From Nanoarchaeum equitans Kin4-M (GTDB taxonomy: Archaea; Nanobdellota; Nanobdellia; Nanobdellales; Nanoarchaeaceae), in NCBI GenBank assembly GCA_000008085.1, contig AE017199.1:30001-62000 (forward strand): 32,000 bases of DNA, in the 5' to 3' direction. How positions within the stretch are numbered: position 1 is the first letter of the stretch; the number at the start of each line of letters is the position of its first letter. The notes under the pieces were generated by a model. The model had not been told where the DNA came from, ran no database searches, and was given only the letters and a program-made list of their open reading frames with translations. A program made the translations under genes and the position numbers. Shown here piece after piece: positions 15,858 to 24,736 of this stretch.

Positions 15858-16934
15858 ATGGATGAAAAAGAGAAATACAAACTAAAATCCCTCTTAAGAC
15901 AATTAAAAAGCATAGAAGGGCGGGGTACAGAATTGGTTTCCCTATATATACCATCTAACTATCCTATAGGAAAAATATTAGACCAATTGAATTACGAATA
16001 CGCTACTGCTGCAAACATAAAAGATGATACTACTAGAAAAAATGTACAAGCAGCATTAGCTAAAATAATAAACTATTTGAAAGATTTTAAGAAAATCCCT
16101 GAAAATGGGTTAGTAATTTTTGCTGGCAACATAGCAGGGAGGGGCGACCAAGATGTTAGACTATGGGCTATTGTACCTCCAGAAAAAAGTAACCTAAAAC
16201 TATATAGATGTGATTCTAAATTTTATGTAGAGCCATTAGAAGAAATGTTAGAAGAGAAAAAACTATATGGGATAGTAACTATAGATAAAGGAGAAGCAGC
16301 AATAGGTTTAATTAAAGGGCGAAAACTTATAGTTTTAGACGAATTCGAAAGCTGGGTTCCAAGGAAACACCATAAAGGAGGGCAATCCGCCCGAAGGTTT
16401 GAAAGGCTAATAGACCAAGCCACACAGGAATGGTTGCAATATGTTGCGGAAAAAGCGAGACAATATTTCGATAAATACAAAGACAAAATACAAGGTATTA
16501 TTATTGGAGGATCTGGTTTCGCTAAACACGATTTTATCGAATATTTGCCTTATTATTATAAAGACAAAATAATTGCTATTGTAGATACCGGTTATAGCGA
16601 TGCCTATGGGTTAAGAGAAGCTTTATATAGAGCAGAAGATAAATTAAAAGAATTGGAAATAGAAAAAGAGAGAAAAATTTTATCAGATTTGTTTAAAGCT
16701 ATAGCATTGGGTAGAAAAGACATCGCTTTAGGATATGAAGAAGTTAAAAAATATTTGGAACAAGGACTAGTTCAAAAAATAATTGTTATGGAGGATTTTC
16801 CCAAATTGGATGAAATATTGGAATTGGCAGAAAAACATAATGTAGATGTAGAAATAATTGAAGGAGGAACAACAGAAGCAGAACAATTTAGACCAATTGG
16901 TATAGCAGCTTTTCTATATTACGCATCAGAGTAG
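15858..16934 (+). CDS. prf1: peptide chain release factor aRF1
   Basis: GGQSARRFERL (GGQ motif), NIKD (NIKS-like), and size and architecture typical of aRF1. Confidence 0.9.
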   Translation: MDEKEKYKLKSLLRQLKSIEGRGTELVSLYIPSNYPIGKILDQLNYEYATAANIKDDTTRKNVQAALAKIINYLKDFKKIPENGLVIFAGNIAGRGDQDVRLWAIVPPEKSNLKLYRCDSKFYVEPLEEMLEEKKLYGIVTIDKGEAAIGLIKGRKLIVLDEFESWVPRKHHKGGQSARRFERLIDQATQEWLQYVAEKARQYFDKYKDKIQGIIIGGSGFAKHDFIEYLPYYYKDKIIAIVDTGYSDAYGLREALYRAEDKLKELEIEKERKILSDLFKAIALGRKDIALGYEEVKKYLEQGLVQKIIVMEDFPKLDEILELAEKHNVDVEIIEGGTTEAEQFRPIGIAAFLYYASE

Positions 16935-16974
16935 AGAAGACTCATCATTAATCAGTTGTCCTCGACTTCTTCAT
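16926..16974 (-). ncRNA. C/D box sRNA candidate spanning the 3' ends of two convergent CDSs
   Basis: Minus strand: AUGAAGA-AGUCGAGGACAA(12)-CUGA-UUA-AUGAUGA-GUCUUCUCUACU(12)-CUGA. This is the same 7-12-4-3-7-12-4 layout as the other two. Confidence 0.6.
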
Positions 16975-18219
16975 TAATATTACATTCTCTATATGGGGAG
17001 TATTAGGAAACATATCTAAAGGTTGCATGTCAATTATTTTATAACCTTTCAATTTATTTATATCTCTTTTTTGAGTATAAGGATTGCATGAAACATAAAC
17101 TATAGTATCGGGGTTTATTTTTTCGATATACTCTATAGCCTTATTTGTTAAACCTGCTCTTGGTGGGTCTACAATTATTTTGTTAGCCTTTATTATTGGA
17201 GCTTTTTCGACAGGCGAAGCAATAAATTCTGCATCTATATTGTTTATAGAGGCATTTAGTTTGGCCATCTCTACAGCTTCTTCCACAATTTCTATACCAA
17301 TTACTTTCTTAACTTCATTAGCTATTTGCAATGAAAACAATCCAACCCCGCTATACAAATCTAAAACAACATCATTTTCAGAGGGTTCTAAAAATTCCTT
17401 TACTATTTTTACTAAGTTTACAGCTTGGTAGGAATTAGTTTGAAAAAAGCTATTAGGCGATATGTAATATTCTATATCCAATATTCGTTCTCTCAAAAAT
17501 TTGCTTCCATAATAATGGTAAAGTTTTTCGCTTATTGATACATCTCCTAAATCCTCTCTAATTCCCCAATATACTGAAGTAACCAAATCTTTTATGTTTT
17601 CGATAAAATCCCACAATTCCTCAAATTTCTTTCTTTTATATGTTATTATATGGATCATCCTTTCTTTAGTAAATTTGCCCTCCCTTATCACTAAATATCT
17701 AAGAAAACCTGTGTGCTTAACTGTGTCCCAACTAGGTATTTTGTATTTTTCTATGAATTTGTTAAACTCATTTATTATTATTTCTGCTTCTTTTGAAAGC
17801 ATTTTGCATTCTTTTATTGGAATATAACCATACCATTTGCCAGGCTCTTTTAAGGAAACCTTATTATATATAGGGTAATCCATCCTATTTCGATAATAGA
17901 TAGTTTTTGGCGAAGGAATAATATCTTTATCATAGCCAAACAAATTTTCTATAACTTTTTTCTTAAATTCCAATTGGTATTGGTAATCCATTAATCCCCA
18001 TAGACAACCACCACATTTTCCTAAATGGGCACAATATTTATTGGATGTCCTATAAGGGCTTTCCTCAATTATTTTTACTATTTCCCCAATTTTCTTTTTC
18101 CCTTTCCTTCTAACTTTTACCTCTACTATATCTCCAGGGTAAGCAAATGGAACATGTATATTATTGCCCACTCCATAGCCTTTCTCGTCAAACCCCTCTA
18201 TATATATTTTCATAGCCAT
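16948..18219 (-). CDS. RumA/TrmA-type RNA (uracil-5)-methyltransferase with TRAM domain
   Basis: TRAM-like N-terminus, Cys cluster CAHLGKCGGC, FFQTN and DPPRAGL. The ORF track extends to 18291, but TTTAAATA about 24 nt upstream favours the MAMKIY start at 18219. Confidence 0.8.
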   Translation of the reverse strand: MAMKIYIEGFDEKGYGVGNNIHVPFAYPGDIVEVKVRRKGKKKIGEIVKIIEESPYRTSNKYCAHLGKCGGCLWGLMDYQYQLEFKKKVIENLFGYDKDIIPSPKTIYYRNRMDYPIYNKVSLKEPGKWYGYIPIKECKMLSKEAEIIINEFNKFIEKYKIPSWDTVKHTGFLRYLVIREGKFTKERMIHIITYKRKKFEELWDFIENIKDLVTSVYWGIREDLGDVSISEKLYHYYGSKFLRERILDIEYYISPNSFFQTNSYQAVNLVKIVKEFLEPSENDVVLDLYSGVGLFSLQIANEVKKVIGIEIVEEAVEMAKLNASINNIDAEFIASPVEKAPIIKANKIIVDPPRAGLTNKAIEYIEKINPDTIVYVSCNPYTQKRDINKLKGYKIIDMQPLDMFPNTPHIENVILMKKSRTTD

Positions 18220-18403
18220 AGGAATAACATACCAATATTTAAAGAAAGTACTATCAAATAGGAAATACAAAAATTTATATTTTGTGAACATCTAGATATC
18301 TATGACAGTATACATAAAACCAGAGATTAATTACAAAAAACCTATTGTATTGGATGATTTCTATTTTTTCGATAGACCTTATTCTGCTTTAGAAAAGAAA
18401 AAG

Positions 18404-18814
18404 CTATTCTTTGTTCCCACTGTCTATAGAATAGACCTTGTAAAACCAATGTCTATATATTATAGCACTACTAACAAAGAGAGCAGTAATGGCAAAGATA
18501 TACCATGGATTTGGATTCTCAACTTCTATCAATATTATTTTTCTAAGCACAGCGATAAAAGCGGCTTCAACTAAGGCATCTAAATACAAATCTTGATTTT
18601 TTATGTATATCAAAACCGTTCTCAAAAGCTCTATTAAAACTAAAACTAATAGAATGTCTCCAAGCATGTTTTTTATGTTTACTGCTTCGTATCTTGAAAA
18701 CGGGTTAGTATACAACAAAAATGCTATATAATAAAGCAGTTTAAATATTATTAGGATTATTAGAATAGACAATATCGCGGCGAGCAAAAGCTTGAAATAT
18801 TTTAATATGTCCAT
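18404..18814 (-). CDS. small polytopic membrane protein
   Basis: 136 aa with 4 predicted hydrophobic helices. Preferred over the overlapping + strand ORF 18302-18574. Confidence 0.45.
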   Translation of the reverse strand: MDILKYFKLLLAAILSILIILIIFKLLYYIAFLLYTNPFSRYEAVNIKNMLGDILLVLVLIELLRTVLIYIKNQDLYLDALVEAAFIAVLRKIILIEVENPNPWYIFAITALFVSSAIIYRHWFYKVYSIDSGNKE

Positions 18815-18852
18815 TAATATAAAATCTTTAAACTATTAAAAATTGCTAAAGA

Positions 18853-20226
18853 GTGCTATACTTATACAACACATTAACTTCGAGAAAAGAGGCATTTATT
18901 CCATTGGAAGAGCCATTCGTAAAAATGTATACCTGTGGGGTTACTCCTTATGATAAAGCACATGTGGGACATTTAAGAACTTATTTAGTTACGGATTTGT
19001 TAAGAAGAATACTAAGATTTTTGGGCTATTATGATATAGCAGTAACCAATTTTACAGATATAGATGATAAAATAATAAAAAAATCGCAAGAATTAAATAA
19101 AGATTGGAAGGAAATTGTTGAAGAAAACATTAAATATGTGTTCGATGTTCTAAAAGAACTAAAAGTTTTGCCCTTCTACGTTTATCCAAGGGTTACTTAC
19201 CATATAGATGATATAGCTAATGCGGTTAAATCTTTATTAGATAGGGGTTATGCATACAAAGGAAAGTATAGCATTTATTTTGATGTAGATAAATATCCAT
19301 ATTATGGTCAATTATCCGGAATAAAAAGCAAAAAAGAATGGGAACAAGAAAAGCATTTATTAGAAGATAAGAAAAACCCATATGATTTTGCTTTATGGAA
19401 ATTTAAACAACCAGGCGAACCATATTGGAATACTATTGTAGGGGAAGGTAGACCTGGTTGGCATATAGAATGTTCTGTTATGTCTTCCAAATATTTAGGA
19501 GAAAGATTTGATATCCATTTGGGGGGAAGTGATTTGATATTTCCACATCATGAAAATGAAATAGCGCAAAGCGAAACCTTATATAATGTGCATCCATGGG
19601 TTAGATATTGGGTCCATATTGGGATGGTTCAAATAAATGGAGAAAAAATGTCTAAAAGTTTAGGAAATATAATTGAGGCTAAAGAATTTATCAAAAAGTA
19701 CAAACCCGAATTTGTAAGGTTTTTCCTATTGTCTACCCATTATAGGAAACCATTGGATATTAGCGAAGAAAATATAGAGCAAGCTCAAACTATTTACAAA
19801 AAATTGACCGATGCTTACAATACCGCTAAAAGTATTGTTGAAAACGAAGTTTCCTATAGGTTTGACAAAGATGTAAGAATTATATTAGATTATTATAGAG
19901 AGATGATTAAAGCGTTTTTAGATGATATGAATACGCCAACAGCAATAGCGAGCCTAAACAAAATAGTTTCCATTTTTAATCAAAATCCAGAATACCCTAT
20001 AGCTTATTTAACATTGAGGGCATTCGAAGATTTCAATAGAATAATGAATGTGTGGTTTGAAAAACCAATAGATTTAGATATAATTAACGAAATAATAGAG
20101 ATTAGAAACATGTTAAGAAGAGAAAAGCAATATGAATTGGCAGACAAAATAAGAGATATATTACAAAAGAAAGGTATAAAAATTAAAGATTACAAAGATA
20201 AAACCGTCTGGTATGCCGATATTTAA
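18853..20226 (+). CDS. cysS: cysteinyl-tRNA synthetase
   Basis: [15 protein letters not shown] (HIGH), WHIECS and KMSKS. Confidence 0.9.
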
Positions 20227-21247
20227 AAATAGATTCGTCTTTAGCGAAGCGTATGTACCATCTAAAATATTACATAGAGATGACGAAATATCTTTGATAT
20301 ATACTGCAATTTCCCCAATAAAACAAGGAGAAAAACCATTAAACATATTTATTTATGGGCAAACCGGCACAGGAAAAACATTAGTTACCAAATATGTTTT
20401 ATCAAAAATAGGAGATTACATATATATTAATTGCAAGTTTGCTGGCATAACAAAAAGGATAGAAAGCTTTATTAGGGAATTCTCTTTACAATTAGGCCAA
20501 GATTTTTATGATTTGACCGATGTTATACAATATATAAGAGATAAAAAATTAATAATTGTGTTTGATGAGGTTGACCAACTATCAAAAGATTTGGGAGACG
20601 AAATATTATATACTTTTACGAGAGCCCCAGGAAATATTGGAATTATAGGTATTTCAAACAATATATTTTTTGTTGATAGGCTCGATCCAAGGGTTAGATC
20701 TTCTTTAAGCGAATTAGAGATATTATTCAAACCATACAATGCTTTGCAATTAAGAGATATATTATTGGAAAGAGCCAAAGAGGGATTATACGAAAATAGT
20801 TATGATTTGGCAGCGATATCATACATAGCAGCAGTCACTGCCAGGGAATACGGCGATGCTAGGAGAGCAATTAATTTATTAAGATTGGCCGGAGAAATTG
20901 CGGAGCGTAAAGGTAAAAATAAAATAGAATTGGAAGATGCAAAAGAAGCTATAGAATTGGAAGAGAAAGATAAAGTAAAATTCGTTATTGAATCTTTGCC
21001 TTTGCAATCCAAATTAGTATTAAAATCTATTGCTGAACTAAAAGACACAACATTGGGAAAAGCTTATGAACTATATTATAGAAAAAGCTTAGAAAAAAGT
21101 GTTACTCCCATTACATTTAGAAGGTTTGTAGAAATAGTAAACGATTTAGAAACTTTAGGATTAGTATCAATTGATTTTGCTTTATTAAATGGGAAAAGAG
21201 TTAGAAAGGTAAAAACCTTTATTAGTCCGAAAATTATTGATCTATAA
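20213..21247 (+). CDS. cdc6: Orc1/Cdc6 replication initiator
   Basis: [14 protein letters not shown]-terminus, GQTGTGKT (Walker A), VFDEVD (Walker B), [10 protein letters not shown] (sensor 2) and a C-terminal winged-helix-like region. 14-nt overlap with cysS. Confidence 0.9.
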
Positions 21248-21779
21248 GGCAGGCCTTTTTGTAATAATGGATTGTCGCATTTGATAAATTATAAACAAAA
21301 CATTTTTCTTTTGTAATAATAGTGCCATTCATTATGCCTTCAAATTGGTTTTCTGTTACTTTTATATCGTTTTTGGATAGCAATTTGTTTACATAGAATA
21401 TCATTTCATACAAATTCCAACCGAATTGCAGTTTTTTAGAAGTGTTTTTTTCTAAATTGGTTATTTTCGCTTCCGCTTTATTGGAAATTTGCCCTTTTAT
21501 ATGGAAGGAGCCTTTTTTTGTATATAAATAGCCATCGTAAACTATAGAGCCCAAAACATAGGAATAATTTAGTTTTAATGTATAATTTTCTTTTGTATCT
21601 TTATATTCTATATAACCTTTTTGATTTGTAATGGGATCGAAATATAACATATTAGTTTCTACATTGTTTTCCAATATTGTAGGAGCTTTCCCTTTTTTGT
21701 TAAATAATCTTAATCCAGCATAGAATGAAAGAACGAAAACTGAAATATAAAATAGAATTTTACCTCCTAGCCTTTTCAA
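21234..21779 (-). CDS. hypothetical membrane-anchored protein
   Basis: N-terminal [18 protein letters not shown]. No recognised motif. Overlaps the rps12 3' end by 20 nt. Confidence 0.4.
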
Positions 21780-22191
21780 TTTTACCTTTTCTTAGCAATT
21801 CTAATGGTTGTCCATTAACTAGGTATACTTTATATCTTACTCCCGGTATGTCTCCCATAGATCTGCCTTGCCTACCTCTTATACCGACTATTAATACTTC
21901 GTCGTGCTCGTCAATAACTTTTATAGCCCCATCTCCAGGAGTAAACGCTGTTACTACTTTGCCATTCTTCTTTAGTTGTACTCTAACTACTTTAATTCTA
22001 CCGGAATTAGGCTGCCTTCTCTCTACATCGGTTTTCTCTAATACTATACCAGATGCCATTGGGGCCCCTTCTAATGGGTCATACTTCTCTTTTATTCTAA
22101 GCATCCTTCTTACATACCTATAGTCATTCCATCTAAATTTTTTCCTTATTTTTTTCAATTTCCTACCAGCGAATAACCCATTTGGTACCAC
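21760..22191 (-). CDS. rps12: ribosomal protein S12 (uS12)
   Basis: [30 protein letters not shown]...[10 protein letters not shown] is typical of uS12. GTG start. Confidence 0.9.
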
Positions 22192-22207
22192 TCATAAAGC
22201 ACATGAA

Positions 22208-22220
22208 ATATTTTAAAAAT
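22208..22220. promoter_or_regulatory. shared TATA element (ATATTTTAAAAAT) between divergent rps12 and PIN-ATPase genes
   Basis: The TTTTAAAA centre (22214.5) is 23.5 nt from GTG 22191 and 23.5 nt from ATG 22238. Confidence 0.55.
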
Positions 22221-22237
22221 CTATAATTGTCATCTTA

Positions 22238-24031
22238 ATGACTATAGTAGTACCTGATACCTCTGCGCTTATAGAAAAGGCTATATCTAAAATGATAAAA
22301 GAAAACAAAATCAAACCTTCAAAAATAGTTATACATAACGCTACTATCGCAGAATTGGAACATCAAGCCAATGAAAATAGAGAAATAGGTTATTTAGGAT
22401 TAGAAGAAATCGAAACTCTAAAAGAGATGGCCGACCAATATGGGTTTACTGTAGAGTTCCAAGGGGAAAGACCAAAAGCTGAAGAAATAATACTGGCAAA
22501 AAAAGGAGAGATAGATAATAAAATTAGAGAGTTGGCTAAACAATTGAATGCTATATTAATTACTGCAGATAGAACCCAATATTATGTAGCAAAGGTTTTA
22601 GGAATCCAGGCAATATTTTTAGAAAAGCCAAAAAGAGAAAAATTGTTGTTTGAGCAATATTTTGATGAAAATACTATGAGTGTACATTTAAAAGAGGGCT
22701 TGCCCCCATTGGCCAAAAAAGGAACTCCTGGTAAATGGGAGTTAGTTAGAATAACGGACAAACCTTTAACAAAAAACGATTTAGAAGAAATAATAAAAGA
22801 GATCGCTGAAGAAGCTGTTAGCAGAGAAGATTCTTATATAGATATTGAGGGCGAAAACATTTTAGTAGCACAAATAGGCAAATACAGAATTGTAGCGGTT
22901 AAACCTCCATTGAGTGATGCAATAGAAGTAACTATAGTAAGACCCGTTAAGAAACTATCCTTAGAAGATTATAAAATTAGAGAAGAATTATTAGAAAGGC
23001 TAAAAGAAAAAGCTCATGGTATTTTAATAGCTGGTGCCCCAGGTATGGGTAAAACCACATTCGCCCAGGCATTGGCTATGTTCTATGTAAAATTAAACAA
23101 AGTGGTAAAAACTATAGAATCCCCAAGAGATATGGATTTGGGAAAAGAAGTAACCCAATATTCTTTAACTCAAGGCAAAACCCGAGAAATATATGCTTTA
23201 CTATTATTAGCTAGACCTGATTATGTTTTGTTTGATGAAGTTAGAACAGAAAGAGATATCAAATTGTTTGCAGATTTAAGATTAGCAGGAATAGGAATGA
23301 TAGGAGTAATACATGCAAATAGAGCGATAGATGCTATACAAAGATTTATAGGAAAAATAGAATTGGGTGTAATCCCTCAAGTAGTTGACACTGTTATTTT
23401 TATAGATAAGGGCCAAATAGCCAAAGTATATACATTAGATATGGTTGTTAAAGTCCCTACTGGAATGAAGGAAGAAGATTTGGCGAGACCCGTAATAGAA
23501 GTTAGAGATCTATATACAGGCAAATTGGAATATGAAATTTATGTTTTTGGAGAGGAAACTGTTGTAATGCCCATACATGGCGAGCAAATGCCAAATGCTT
23601 TAGCGAGATTGGCAAAAATCGCTATAGAGAATGAAATAAAGAGATTTCTAAAAACAGATGTAAAAGTAGAAATAGAGTCCCCAAATAGAGTTACAGTTTA
23701 TGTTCCAAAAGGGTATAGAAAGAGACTAGTAGGAAAAAGGGGAAAAACAATTGAAAGCTTTGAAAAAATGTTGGGTGTAAGAATAACTGTAAAAGAGATA
23801 GGCGAAGAAGAGCCAGAGTTTAACATAAAGGAAACAAACAAATATCTAATAATAGAGTTACCCCCAGAATATTATAGAAGGGTTGTAACTATTCTAATCA
23901 ATGGAAGACCCTTTGTAGACGCTATAGTAGGGAAAGATGGAAAAATAAAAATCGCTAAAAATAGTGATTTAGGTAAAGTACTATACAATGCTCTAAAAGG
24001 TGGAGCAAAAATTGATATAGAGCTTAAATAA
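22238..24031 (+). CDS. PIN domain - PilT-like ATPase - KH domain protein
   Basis: N-terminal PIN-like VVPDTSALIE...ITADR, Walker A AGAPGMGKTT, LFDEVR, and a C-terminal KH motif VGKRGKTIESFEKMLGV. Confidence 0.75.
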   Translation: MTIVVPDTSALIEKAISKMIKENKIKPSKIVIHNATIAELEHQANENREIGYLGLEEIETLKEMADQYGFTVEFQGERPKAEEIILAKKGEIDNKIRELAKQLNAILITADRTQYYVAKVLGIQAIFLEKPKREKLLFEQYFDENTMSVHLKEGLPPLAKKGTPGKWELVRITDKPLTKNDLEEIIKEIAEEAVSREDSYIDIEGENILVAQIGKYRIVAVKPPLSDAIEVTIVRPVKKLSLEDYKIREELLERLKEKAHGILIAGAPGMGKTTFAQALAMFYVKLNKVVKTIESPRDMDLGKEVTQYSLTQGKTREIYALLLLARPDYVLFDEVRTERDIKLFADLRLAGIGMIGVIHANRAIDAIQRFIGKIELGVIPQVVDTVIFIDKGQIAKVYTLDMVVKVPTGMKEEDLARPVIEVRDLYTGKLEYEIYVFGEETVVMPIHGEQMPNALARLAKIAIENEIKRFLKTDVKVEIESPNRVTVYVPKGYRKRLVGKRGKTIESFEKMLGVRITVKEIGEEEPEFNIKETNKYLIIELPPEYYRRVVTILINGRPFVDAIVGKDGKIKIAKNSDLGKVLYNALKGGAKIDIELK

Positions 24032-24080
24032 TCAGCCGGTTTGAGAATCTTCATCTCTCGGGCGGGGATAATTTCATCAT
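24032..24080 (-). ncRNA. C/D box sRNA fused to the 3' end of tRNA-Gly
   Basis: Minus strand: AUGAUGA(C; its first A is the tRNA discriminator)-AAUUAUCCCCGC(12)-CCGA(D')-GAG-AUGAAGA(C')-UUCUCAAACCGG(12)-CUGA(D). Confidence 0.7.
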
Positions 24081-24150
24081 GCGCCCGCCGGGATTCGAAC
24101 CCGGGTCACGGGCTTGGAAGGCCCGCATCCTACCACTAGACTACGGGCGC
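24080..24150 (-). tRNA. tRNA-Gly (UCC)
   Basis: Reverse complement: GCGCCCG UA GUCU AGUGGUA GGAU G CGGGC CUUCCAA GCCCG UGAC CCGGG UUCGAAU CCCGG CGGGCGC A. No encoded CCA. Confidence 0.95.
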
Positions 24151-24168
24151 AGAGATAGAAATGAAAAC

Positions 24169-24180
24169 TATTTAAAAATA
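24169..24180. promoter_or_regulatory. shared TATA element (TATTTAAAAATA) between tRNA-Gly and divergent ORF
   Basis: The TTTAAA centre (24173.5) is 23.5 nt from the tRNA 5' end (24150) and 23.5 nt from ATG 24197. Confidence 0.55.
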
Positions 24181-24196
24181 TTTGAAATTTATCTTA

Positions 24197-24736
24197 ATGG
24201 TTTGGCTGTATAAAATTTTAACAACCCTTGAAAAAAAGCTGTATAATAATATAAATAAATTGGAATATGCAGGCGCAAACGATATAAATAATATGGTTGC
24301 ATTGCAATACCAAACATCGGATATGGATTTAGAAGTTTATTTGAAAAAAGACAATTTTTATGCCGTTACTAAAAAGGGCTTAGATAAATCCACAATACTC
24401 AAAAAAATAGAATATACAAAACTATTTCCATTTTTTGACAATAGAACGCCATTAGAAAGAGAAATAGAATTGGCCGATTGGGTAAAAGAAATGATAGTAA
24501 ACAGGTTTTTATATAACATTAGAACCGATACAATGGGGATTAGAAATGAAGACGATTTAATAATAGCGTACAAAGCCGGCAAATTCGTTTTACCAATCTA
24601 TTTTCAATTATATATAAGACCAACGGATGAAGGTTATAAAGAGATTAGAGAACTTTTAGAAAAAAACGGATTGAAAAGGGGAAAATATAGGGTAATACCC
24701 ATGCCATTATTAAAATTTTTAAAAGAGAGAGAATAA
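24197..24736 (+). CDS. hypothetical protein
   Basis: The ORF track starts at TTG 24182. The promoter spacing favours ATG 24197 (MVWLYKIL). No recognised motif. Confidence 0.45.
   Translation: MVWLYKILTTLEKKLYNNINKLEYAGANDINNMVALQYQTSDMDLEVYLKKDNFYAVTKKGLDKSTILKKIEYTKLFPFFDNRTPLEREIELADWVKEMIVNRFLYNIRTDTMGIRNEDDLIIAYKAGKFVLPIYFQLYIRPTDEGYKEIRELLEKNGLKRGKYRVIPMPLLKFLKERE

Noticed and set aside
18302-18574. 90-aa + strand ORF
   Set aside because: It overlaps the more convincing 136-aa four-helix membrane protein on the minus strand and has no TATA at the leaderless distance.
20161-21300. Replication origin next to orc1/cdc6
   Set aside because: cdc6 overlaps cysS upstream and a convergent ORF downstream. 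There is no intergenic AT-rich unwinding region and I could see no repeated ORB-like boxes.
24036-24070. GC-rich patch GCCGGTTTGAG...CGGGCGGGG, first considered as another tRNA half
   Set aside because: No tRNA arm can be folded. The two GC-rich blocks are fully explained as the two 12-nt guides of the minus-strand C/D sRNA.
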